The notes: generated by a model not told the origin, from the sequence alone. Shown: positions 1-7,361, numbered from the stretch's first letter. The stretch: 15,381 bases of DNA from a virus (IMGVR_UViG_3300045988_172482:1-15381), one strand, 5' to 3'. Numbers and translations are program-made.

Positions 1-99
1 AATTCTCTCGTAAACTTTACACTTCCCCTGTAAAGTGCCTGTAAAGCGAACAAATGAACATACCAGCTTTAAGACTGTTACTCTTGGAAAGGTAAAAAT
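1..99. repeat. Left inverted terminal repeat, perfect 99-bp match to the reverse complement of 15275-15373
   Basis: AATTCTCTCGTAAACTTTACACTTCCCCTGTAAAGTG...GGAAAGGTAAAAAT is exactly the reverse complement of the right end; homology breaks at position 100 versus 15274. Confidence 0.97.
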
Positions 100-191
100 T
101 TAATATTTTTGTGTTAAATTATGATTAAAAATATAATTATAATCAGGATTAAAAAATTTTAATATTTTTATGTAAAATTAGTGTTAAATTA

Positions 192-220
192 TTGACTTTA
201 TCAAATAAATTTGATATGAT
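192..220 (+). promoter_or_regulatory. Candidate early promoter TTGACT-N17-TATGAT
   Basis: -35 TTGACT 192-197, spacer 198-214, -10 TATGAT 215-220; followed by an SD-like GAAAGGAGAGG and the first ORFs. Confidence 0.75.
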
Positions 221-250
221 ACTAGCGTAAATTGAAAGGAGAGGTATACA

Positions 251-307
251 GTGAAAGATTTACAAATTGAAGTTATTATTTTGTATGAAAAAGAGGGATT
301 AAAATGA
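251..307 (+). CDS. Possible 18-aa leader peptide VKDLQIEVIILYEKEGLK
   Basis: GTG start after AAAGGAGAGG; stop TGA 305-307 overlaps the ATG at 304 (ATGA). Confidence 0.4.
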   Translation: MKDLQIEVIILYEKEGLK

Positions 308-519
308 TAGGAAAAAACTGGGAAATAGTACAGTATTATAAAGATATGTTAATATATTATAAAACTAATAAATATAATCAAAAAATTTTATATTTTGGCA
401 ATAGACAATTTAATAGTCAAAGACCACGTAGCATTAGAAGTGCAAAAATTTTAATAACAAGATATATTAATAAATTATCTGCAAGAGAAAAAAAACGATT
501 AAAATATTTAAAATATTAA
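304..519 (+). CDS. Small basic hypothetical early protein (71 aa)
   Basis: Full ORF with an upstream GAGGG; collinear with the early cluster. Confidence 0.65.
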   Translation: MIGKNWEIVQYYKDMLIYYKTNKYNQKILYFGNRQFNSQRPRSIRSAKILITRYINKLSAREKKRLKYLKY

Positions 520-530
520 AGGAGGTAAAA

Positions 531-800
531 ATGATACAAATTAAATTTAAAAGAATAGATAACTACTACGGAAAATTTTATATTGAAGATGTAAAGCGTC
601 TTCAATATAATAAATCCGTTTATATTAGTAAAGATACAGTTTATTTATTAAAATATACATATATATTTAATATCATTAGAAAATATGTTTTTGAAAAAAT
701 AGAACTTGATGAAAATAAAGCATTATTATTACTTAATAATTTAAATAAAATATCTAATTATTTAGAACTTGCCCAAATGTATGATATAAAAAATGTGTAA
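531..800 (+). CDS. Hypothetical early protein (89 aa)
   Basis: ORF with strong SD AAAGGAGG before ATG 531. Confidence 0.75.
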   Translation: MIQIKFKRIDNYYGKFYIEDVKRLQYNKSVYISKDTVYLLKYTYIFNIIRKYVFEKIELDENKALLLLNNLNKISNYLELAQMYDIKNV

Positions 801-887
801 AGATTATGTAAAATTGCACATTTTTTATTGCATTTATAAAAAATATATGAGATTATAAAGTTACCGAAAGGAGGTGTTTAAAAGATT

Positions 888-1013
888 ATGAGATTAATTA
901 TAATTTTATTAATATTTAATTTATCATTATTAGCATTTTCATCAATATATAGAATAATATGTGAAATTAAATTTAATAAAAGAATAAAAGAATATTATGA
1001 TAAACAAAAATAG
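888..1013 (+). CDS. Small hypothetical membrane protein (41 aa; MRLIIILLIFNLSLLAFSSIYRIICEIKFNKRIKEYYDKQK), not in the supplied ORF track
   Basis: SD AAAGGAGGTG at about 868-877, ATG 888-890, TAG 1011-1013; hydrophobic N-terminal segment followed by a charged tail. Confidence 0.6.
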   Translation: MRLIIILLIFNLSLLAFSSIYRIICEIKFNKRIKEYYDKQK

Positions 1014-1305
1014 TAAACAAAATTATTATAATAAAAATAAAGAAAAAGTAAGAAAACAGCAAGAAAAATATCGTCAGGAAAATAAAGAGTTTTATTGTTC
1101 AAGTGTTTATACTTCAAGAAAAAATAAGAGTAATATGCTAAAAGCAAAAGGACAGATTTATACTTTTTTACCTGATGAAGAAAGGTATAGTGCTATGACA
1201 CTTTCACTTGCTAAAAAGTTAAAAATACCTACTAAAAAAGCACGAAAAATACTAGAAAAAAATAATTTTAATTATAGAAAGGTTATAGATGAAGAATATT
1301 ATTAA
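997..1305 (+). CDS. Hypothetical basic early protein (102 aa), possible nucleic-acid-binding protein
   Basis: ORF; Lys/Arg-rich N-terminus and a helical segment AMTLSLAKKLKIPTKKARKILEKNN. Confidence 0.65.
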   Translation: MINKNSKQNYYNKNKEKVRKQQEKYRQENKEFYCSSVYTSRKNKSNMLKAKGQIYTFLPDEERYSAMTLSLAKKLKIPTKKARKILEKNNFNYRKVIDEEYY

Positions 1306-1498
1306 AGAATTACAGTTTTTAATATATGATTATAATCCACAAAATTATGAGATTATATTAGATAAATTAAATTATATTGAAGAAAAATACGAAACTATGT
1401 GTAAATATTATGGAAACATAAAAGGAAAAAATGAGGCTCTTGAATTTGAAAATAGAGCACTTAAAAATAAAATAATTGAATTGGAGGAAAGAGATTAA
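1289..1498 (+). CDS. Hypothetical early protein (69 aa), likely coiled-coil
   Basis: ORF overlapping the end of the previous gene; Glu/Lys-rich helix at the C-terminus. Confidence 0.6.
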   Translation: MKNIIKELQFLIYDYNPQNYEIILDKLNYIEEKYETMCKYYGNIKGKNEALEFENRALKNKIIELEERD

Positions 1499-1879
1499 AT
1501 GATAAAAATAGTTATGGAATTAGAATGTAATGAAGATACTTTTAATGTAAATATGGGACGTATTGATAAATACGCTACTGATGAAACCGAAAAAGAAATC
1601 GGTAAAAAATATTTTGATAAATTAAAAGAAATTATAAAAAATATTGATATTGATAGTCTTGTAAAAGAGTGTCTTAAAGATAGTAAAAAAGACTGTAAAA
1701 AATCACTTGATGATTTAATAGATTTAATGTTTAACAATAAAGAAATATCAAGTAAGATAATAAATGAAAAAGAACTTGATAAACTTGTTGATGAAATACT
1801 TAATAATGATAAAGAATTAAAAAATATTGGTAAAGAAGCTATTAAAAAAATACTTGATGAAATTATGGAGGAAGATTAA
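1499..1879 (+). CDS. Hypothetical acidic early protein (126 aa)
   Basis: ORF with upstream GGAGGAAAGAG; directly abuts neighbouring ORFs. Confidence 0.75.
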   Translation: MIKIVMELECNEDTFNVNMGRIDKYATDETEKEIGKKYFDKLKEIIKNIDIDSLVKECLKDSKKDCKKSLDDLIDLMFNNKEISSKIINEKELDKLVDEILNNDKELKNIGKEAIKKILDEIMEED

Positions 1880-2073
1880 TGAAATTAACATATGAAATAA
1901 AAGAACTTGAAAATCAAAGTATGCAAATATGTGTATCTTCTGAAAATTTAAAAAATGCTACTGAAAAAGAAAAATTAACAGCATTTACTATAAAATCACT
2001 TGTTGATATTTTATTAAAAAAGTTAGAAGAGGGTAATCCGGATGATTTACAAGAAAAATTAAATAATTTATAA
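1879..2073 (+). CDS. Hypothetical early protein (64 aa)
   Basis: SD GGAGGAAG, start overlapping the previous stop (TAATG). Confidence 0.7.
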   Translation: MKLTYEIKELENQSMQICVSSENLKNATEKEKLTAFTIKSLVDILLKKLEEGNPDDLQEKLNNL

Positions 2074-2074
2074 T
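2046..2074 (+). promoter_or_regulatory. Candidate promoter TTTACA-N17-TATAAT upstream of the structured non-coding block
   Basis: TTTACA 2046-2051, spacer 2052-2068, TATAAT 2069-2074. Confidence 0.65.
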
Positions 2075-2080
2075 ACTGAT

Positions 2081-2460
2081 ATTTATTATCAGTAAACACC
2101 TACCTATTTTTCATATTAATTGAATTTAACTTTTATCTTTATTATGTCTAATATTTATCACTATTAGGTAGGTGTTTAGTGGTATTAAATACCACGAGAA
2201 AGGGCTTTAGCCCATAGTAAATTCCAATTTTATTACTGTACTACCTTTTAGGTAGTACGCAGGTAGTTTACTGACTTCAAATACCTCAAACTTTCAAATA
2301 TTCGTTTATTTAAACTACCTGCGTAGTACTTCATATTAGGTACTAAACAACATTTCTAAAGTGCTACCTTTTAGGTAGTGCACTATCTCTTATCTTTTCC
2401 ATCTTGACCTTTCGAAAAGAAAAAATAGAGATAGTGCAGTGCTTAATATTAGCACTAGAA
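2081..2460 (+). ncRNA. Candidate structured non-coding RNA / highly structured leader, family not recognised
   Basis: No ORF; perfect complementary arms 2093-2106/2165-2178, 2179-2185/2189-2195, 2238-2246/2250-2258, 2258-2270/2311-2323, 2324-2329/2340-2345, 2379-2390/2427-2438 and 2438-2443/2451-2456, preceded by a promoter-like sequence. Confidence 0.55.
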
Positions 2461-2473
2461 AGGAAAAGAGAAA

Positions 2474-2884
2474 ATGGAAGAGAAGAAAAATGAAGTAACT
2501 TTATTTAACCAAAGTGAAAAAGAGTGTTTTTGTTCTATTTGTCCTGAAACTTTAGAGGATAAGAAAAAATTATTTAATGCACTTGAAAGTTGCGATATTG
2601 TACTATTTGATATTGTAGGACAAGAAATCAATATGAAAGATGTATACTGTGAAAAAACAAGTGTATTGGATGATGAAACAGGCGAAGTTAAACCAAAATA
2701 TAGAACAATTATATTTGACACTGATGGAAAGACTTATGCAACTGGTTCTTATGGTATTTATAACATTATGAAGAGAATAATTGCAATATATGGGGCTCCA
2801 ACTTGGGAAGATGGTCTTAAAGTTAAAGTTATTAAACAAAAAGTAAAAGATGGTAAGAGTAAACTTTCACTTACTTTAGTTTAA
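2474..2884 (+). CDS. Probable phage single-stranded DNA-binding protein (136 aa)
   Basis: Sequence pattern (ETGEVKPKYRTIIFDTDGKTYATGSYGIYNIMKRIIAIYGAPTW...) resembles small-phage SSB-like proteins; located just upstream of the replication genes. Confidence 0.6.
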   Translation: MEEKKNEVTLFNQSEKECFCSICPETLEDKKKLFNALESCDIVLFDIVGQEINMKDVYCEKTSVLDDETGEVKPKYRTIIFDTDGKTYATGSYGIYNIMKRIIAIYGAPTWEDGLKVKVIKQKVKDGKSKLSLTLV

Positions 2885-2906
2885 GGGCTTGATTTAAGTC
2901 TTTTTT
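2883..2906 (+). terminator. Candidate rho-independent terminator after the SSB-like gene
   Basis: 8-bp stem with two G-U pairs, AAGGGCTT (2883-2890) / AAGTCTTT (2896-2903), loop GATTT, embedded in a T-run. Confidence 0.5.
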
Positions 2907-2911
2907 CTTAA

Positions 2912-3892
2912 ATGGTAGGAATTATGAAAATAAGGTTAAAATTAAATAATGAAATATCAAGAGTAGTTAGAAACTACAATGCAAAAATCAGAAGACTTGA
3001 AAAGTTAAATATACCGAATTTAATATTACCTACTAAAATTACGAAAAAAGAACTAATTAAAACTAGCAGTAGTACTAAAGAAATAAGAAGAAAATTAAAA
3101 TCACTATCAAGATTTAGTAAAAAAGGAGCAGAAACGCCTGTTACACTTCCTAGTGGAGAAAATGTAACAAAATATGAAGTTAAAGAATTAAAGATACTTG
3201 CTAGAAGTGCAAAGAGTAAAATAACTAAAGAAATGTTTAGTTTTGCAGATATTACACCTAAAATAAGAGGCGTATATTCGCCAAGAACATATGCACAAAT
3301 GGGAGATAGTCGTTATCTTAATAAACTTGCATATCGTAAAAGTTTAGATAGAATAAAATCCCCTGAAAGATATCTTGATATAAAAACGCAAGAAGAAAGA
3401 TATCGTAAAATTTTAAATCGTATGACATCTAATTCACGATTTAAAGAAAACTATATGAAAATGCTTGAAGATAACGCCTATTTCACAGGTTTTAAAGAGG
3501 ACGCACCTGATAAGTACGAAGAAATATTTGATAGAATTATGAATTTAACTGATGAAAATTTTGTCAAATTATTTAATGAAGAAAAAGTAGTACAACTTGT
3601 TTTATACTATTATAAATTATCAAAAGATAATTTAATGGGTGGACTTGTAATGGATAATATCGAAGTTGTTTTTGAGGAATTTTATAATAATCTTGATGAA
3701 ATATTAAAAGGTTATGAAAATTCTATGGATACAACGTATGAAGATGTTAATCGTGCAGAACAAAAGAAAAAAGAAAATAAAAAACAGCAAGATATAAAAC
3801 GTGCTAAACAAAAAAGAGCACTTGAAAAAGGAACTAAAAAAGTAAATCAATATAAAAATAGAAAGCGTCCTGATTATAAGAAAAAGGCTTGA
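2912..3892 (+). CDS. Putative DNA terminal protein (primer protein); the start may be ATG 2924
   Basis: Lys/Arg-rich 326-aa ORF directly upstream of a protein-primed DNA polymerase, the same adjacency as phi29 genes 3 and 2; assignment is by synteny. GTAGGA lies just upstream of the internal ATG at 2924. Confidence 0.65.
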   Translation: MVGIMKIRLKLNNEISRVVRNYNAKIRRLEKLNIPNLILPTKITKKELIKTSSSTKEIRRKLKSLSRFSKKGAETPVTLPSGENVTKYEVKELKILARSAKSKITKEMFSFADITPKIRGVYSPRTYAQMGDSRYLNKLAYRKSLDRIKSPERYLDIKTQEERYRKILNRMTSNSRFKENYMKMLEDNAYFTGFKEDAPDKYEEIFDRIMNLTDENFVKLFNEEKVVQLVLYYYKLSKDNLMGGLVMDNIEVVFEEFYNNLDEILKGYENSMDTTYEDVNRAEQKKKENKKQQDIKRAKQKRALEKGTKKVNQYKNRKRPDYKKKA

Positions 3893-5616
3893 TTATGGGA
3901 AAAATATATACAGCAGATTTTGAAACAACCACGGATATTAACGACTGTAGAGTATGGGCTTATGCAATATGTGAAGTAGGAAATCCTGATAATTTTATAT
4001 ATGGAAATAGTATTGAGGACTTTATGAAAATTTTAGCAAATAATGAAAGTAATGATAAATATTATTTTCACAATTTAAAATTTGATGGAGAGTTCATATT
4101 TTCTTATATCCTTAATCAAGGCTTTGAATACGTACCAAGTAAAAAGGAGCGTAAATCAAAGTCTTTTTCTTGTATAATTAGTGATACAGGACAATTTTAT
4201 CAAATAGAAATTTATTTTACAGTAACAAAAAAGCATACTAACAAAGTAACAATACTAGATAGCTTAAAACTTTTAAATTTTTCAGTAGATAAAATCGCAA
4301 AAGATTTTAAATTACCTATAAATAAACTATCAATTGACTATAAAGCAAAAAGAGAAGTAGGGCATATTTTAACACCTGAAGAAATCGCTTATATTAGAAA
4401 TGATGTTGAAATAATGGCAAGAGCACTTAAAATAATGTTTGATGAGGGACTAACCAAAATGACAATAGGTTCAAATGCTTTATCAATTTATAAAGAAATG
4501 AACCAAAGATTTGATACTTATTTTCCAGTGTTACCAGCAGAAGTTGATAAAGATATAAGGCGAAGTTATAAAGGAGGCTTTACATATTTAAATCCTTTAT
4601 ATAAAGAAAAAGAGGTAGGATATGGTAATATTTATGATGTAAATTCACTTTATCCTAGTGTTATGTACTATGAAGATATGCCAATAGGTAATCCTGAATT
4701 TTTTAAAGGAGAGTATCAGTATGACCCTTTATATCCTTTATACATAGTAACTCTTTCTTGCTCTTTTAAATTAAAAAAAGGAAAAATTCCCACTATACAA
4801 TTAAAAAGAAATCTTCACTATTTACCAACTGAATATATAGAAACTACTAACGGAGATATAGAAACATTTACTTTAACTAATATTGACCTAGAATTATTCT
4901 TATCACATTATGATGTAGAAGATTTAATGTATCATAGTGGCTGGAAATTTAAATCCACTAAAGGTTTATTTTGCTGTTATATTGATATGTATACTAATCT
5001 TAAAATAAATAGTAAAAAAGAGGGAAATGGAGCACTTTACTTAATAGCAAAATTAATGCTTAATTCACTGTATGGAAAATTTGGACTTAATCCTGAAATG
5101 CGTAGTAAATACCCTTATTTAAAAGAAGATGGCTCTATTGGATATCATCTAACTGATAAAGAGTTGCGAGATAGCGTATATATACCAGTAGCAACATTTA
5201 TAACCAGTTATGCAAGGCGTAAAACAATAACTACATCACAAAAAATAAGAGATTATTCACTAAAAACATATGGCGAAGACTACTATATTTATAGTGATAC
5301 TGATAGCATACATTGTAGAAATTTAGACGCTAGAGAGCTTATGGGCATTATAGAAATAGACAAATATAAATTAGGAGCGTGGGATAATGAGGCACAGTTT
5401 ATCAGAGGAAAATACATAAGACAAAAATGTTATATAGAGCATTTACAGGGTAAAGATAAAATAAATGTAACAATAGCAGGCTTTCCTAAAAATCTTGGCG
5501 AAAAAGTAACTTTTGATAATTTTAATCCTGATTTTTCCTCAAATGGAAAACTTGCATTTAAACACGTAAAAGGTGGAATAGTACTAGTAGACACTACATT
5601 TACAATAAAAAGATAA
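3889..5616 (+). CDS. Protein-primed family B DNA polymerase (phi29 type); the real start may be ATG 3895, because the ORF-track start is TTG
   Basis: Exonuclease motifs (YTADFETTT, YFHNLKFDGEF, YIRNDVEIM) and polymerase motifs (DVNSLYPSVMY, LNSLYGKFGL, YSDTDSIH, KCY). Confidence 0.97.
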   Translation: MIMGKIYTADFETTTDINDCRVWAYAICEVGNPDNFIYGNSIEDFMKILANNESNDKYYFHNLKFDGEFIFSYILNQGFEYVPSKKERKSKSFSCIISDTGQFYQIEIYFTVTKKHTNKVTILDSLKLLNFSVDKIAKDFKLPINKLSIDYKAKREVGHILTPEEIAYIRNDVEIMARALKIMFDEGLTKMTIGSNALSIYKEMNQRFDTYFPVLPAEVDKDIRRSYKGGFTYLNPLYKEKEVGYGNIYDVNSLYPSVMYYEDMPIGNPEFFKGEYQYDPLYPLYIVTLSCSFKLKKGKIPTIQLKRNLHYLPTEYIETTNGDIETFTLTNIDLELFLSHYDVEDLMYHSGWKFKSTKGLFCCYIDMYTNLKINSKKEGNGALYLIAKLMLNSLYGKFGLNPEMRSKYPYLKEDGSIGYHLTDKELRDSVYIPVATFITSYARRKTITTSQKIRDYSLKTYGEDYYIYSDTDSIHCRNLDARELMGIIEIDKYKLGAWDNEAQFIRGKYIRQKCYIEHLQGKDKINVTIAGFPKNLGEKVTFDNFNPDFSSNGKLAFKHVKGGIVLVDTTFTIKR

Positions 5617-5675
5617 AATAATCGCACTAGAAGATTTATACCTTATATAGTATAATTATTATAAGGAGGTAACAT

Positions 5676-5852
5676 ATGCAAGATATATTAAATTTAATTG
5701 CTAACTATGGTATTGGTATGGTATGTGTAGGATACTTAATTTATTTTCAAAGTACTACTATGAAAGATATGAAAGATACATTACTTGAAATAAGTAAAAC
5801 ACTTGTAAGTTTAGATAATAGACTTCACGAACTAGAAGAAAAGAAAGGATAA
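5676..5852 (+). CDS. YvrJ/BhlA-like small membrane protein, putative holin (58 aa), not in the supplied ORF track
   Basis: SD AAGGAGGT, ATG 5676, TAA 5850-5852; MQDILNLIANYGIGMVCVGYLIYFQSTTMKDMKDTLLEISKTLVSLDNRLHELEEKKG has one transmembrane segment plus a coiled tail and lies directly upstream of lysin-like genes. Confidence 0.7.
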   Translation: MQDILNLIANYGIGMVCVGYLIYFQSTTMKDMKDTLLEISKTLVSLDNRLHELEEKKG

Positions 5853-5856
5853 AAAT

Positions 5857-6675
5857 ATGGAATATTTGAATTTTCCAAAAATGAGTTATAATTTAACTCA
5901 AGGATTTGGTAAAAATAGTTACTCTCATAAATACTGTAAAGCACTTGATATATCAGGATATAAAGGTTCCTCAAAAATATATGCACCTTTTACAGGATAT
6001 GTAGGAAATGTATATGTTAGAAACGGACAGGCTTATTCAATATGGCTTGTAAGTGAAGAAAAGGTTATGTGTGCTGATGGAGTGCAAAGATATGCAGTAG
6101 TAATGATGACACACCCTAAGGGTATAGAAAAATATAAAAAAGGTTTTACATTTATACAGGGAGAATATTTATTTGATGATGGTAAAACTGGAAATGCAAC
6201 AGGAGCACATCTTGATTTAAGGTTAGCAGTATATGATAAGAAAGAAAATATATCCGTAGGCTGGCACTTTGATGGCGAGGGATATGATTTAGATAACTGT
6301 GTAAATCCGTGCGACTATATGACTATTAGTGATGAAGTAAAAATAATAAATCAAACTTATCAAAATAAAGTATATAAATTTAAAAATAGAAAAGATATAA
6401 ATGTATATACTAAAGGATTATATCGTACACTTGATAATGTAAGAGTAAGATGTGGAGCAGGACTAAACTTTAGACAAAAGAAAGTTAAAGAATTAACACC
6501 TGATGGCAAAAAACATTCATTATACAGTGATTTAAATGCACTTGCTTACCTTAAAAAAGGAACATATTTTGACGCACTTGAAATCATAGTAAATGCTAGT
6601 GGTGTATGGGCTAAAGGATATTCAGGTTATATTAATATTAAAAGTGGAAAATATATAAATAGCGAGAAAGTATGA
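5857..6675 (+). CDS. M23-like peptidase-domain protein (272 aa) with a possible SH3-like C-terminal region; putative lysin
   Basis: TQGFGKNSYSHKYCKALDIS, YAPFTGYV, GNATGAHLDLRL match an M23 (LytM) layout; the C-terminus has VRVRCGAGLNFRQ...YLKKGTYF..SGVWAKGYSGYINIKSGKYI. Confidence 0.7.
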   Translation: MEYLNFPKMSYNLTQGFGKNSYSHKYCKALDISGYKGSSKIYAPFTGYVGNVYVRNGQAYSIWLVSEEKVMCADGVQRYAVVMMTHPKGIEKYKKGFTFIQGEYLFDDGKTGNATGAHLDLRLAVYDKKENISVGWHFDGEGYDLDNCVNPCDYMTISDEVKIINQTYQNKVYKFKNRKDINVYTKGLYRTLDNVRVRCGAGLNFRQKKVKELTPDGKKHSLYSDLNALAYLKKGTYFDALEIIVNASGVWAKGYSGYINIKSGKYINSEKV

Positions 6676-7361
6676 AATATTTAGAAACTTCAGTAGGAAG
6701 TAACGGAAAACAAAATGTACTTTTTCCACTTGAATATATGTATATCACGCAGGGAGAAAATGGAGGATATTCACATCAAGGAAGCTACTCTATGGACTTC
6801 GTGGGATATAATGCTAGTGGTGTAGTTTTAAATGCACCATATTATGCACCCTGTGATTTAACACTTGTTTATATAACTGGAAGTAGTGATGCTCTTGTAT
6901 GGCAGTCAAATGATGAAGTTAATTTTATTGATGGAACAACTGACTATATATGTTTTGAATTCGGACACGACGATAACATACCAAACTATAAAGTAGGAGA
7001 TACGAAAAAACAGGGACAAGTTATAGGGCATACTGGAACAAGAGGTAACGTAACAGGCGACCACGTACATATGACAATAGTAAAAGGAAAATATGCTGGA
7101 TACTATAAAAATAGCTATGGTATATGGTGTTTAGTTAATCAGTATCATTTATATAATGGTGTTGGTGTAAATGATACAAATATTATTAATGGCTATGGGT
7201 ACGACTGGAAAAAATGGGACGACTCGCCTTCGCCACCTGACCCACCTGACCCACCTGACCCACCTGACCCTCCTGAACCACCTTTGCCACCTATAACATT
7301 TAAAAATTTTAATCACTTTCCGTTTTATATGTATAAGAAAAATAATATCAAAAGACGCTAA
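6672..7361 (+). CDS. M23-family (LytM-like) peptidase with a proline-rich linker and short basic C-terminal tail (229 aa); putative lysin
   Basis: TQGENGGYSHQGSYSMDFVG, VGDTKKQGQVIGHTGTRGNVTGDHVHM (HxH motif); ATGA overlap with the previous gene. Confidence 0.8.
   Translation: MKYLETSVGSNGKQNVLFPLEYMYITQGENGGYSHQGSYSMDFVGYNASGVVLNAPYYAPCDLTLVYITGSSDALVWQSNDEVNFIDGTTDYICFEFGHDDNIPNYKVGDTKKQGQVIGHTGTRGNVTGDHVHMTIVKGKYAGYYKNSYGIWCLVNQYHLYNGVGVNDTNIINGYGYDWKKWDDSPSPPDPPDPPDPPDPPEPPLPPITFKNFNHFPFYMYKKNNIKRR
7233..7277 (+). repeat. Tandem 9-bp repeat CCACCTGAC x4 plus a degenerate unit, encoding (PPD)n
   Basis: Units at 7233-7241, 7242-7250, 7251-7259 and 7260-7268, then CCTCCTGAA 7269-7277. Confidence 0.95.

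Noticed and set aside
1495-2099. Minus-strand ORFs 1495-1737 and 1914-2099
   Set aside because: Antisense to well-packed + strand ORFs; composition looks like complement noise.
2093-2456. CRISPR array or mobile element ends, considered for the repeat-rich block
   Set aside because: Repeats are inverted and hairpin-forming with unequal spacing, not direct repeats with uniform spacers; there is no transposase nearby.
2455-2839. Minus-strand ORFs 2455-2721 and 2603-2839
   Set aside because: Antisense to the SSB-like gene, which has a much more protein-like sequence and good context.
5430-5627. Minus-strand 65-aa ORF
   Set aside because: Antisense to the conserved C-terminus of the polymerase; no support.
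3889-7361. Alternative genetic code (TGA = Trp), considered because the genome is very AT-rich
   Set aside because: Trp positions use TGG and several genes end at TGA with sensible overlaps; the standard code gives intact conserved proteins.
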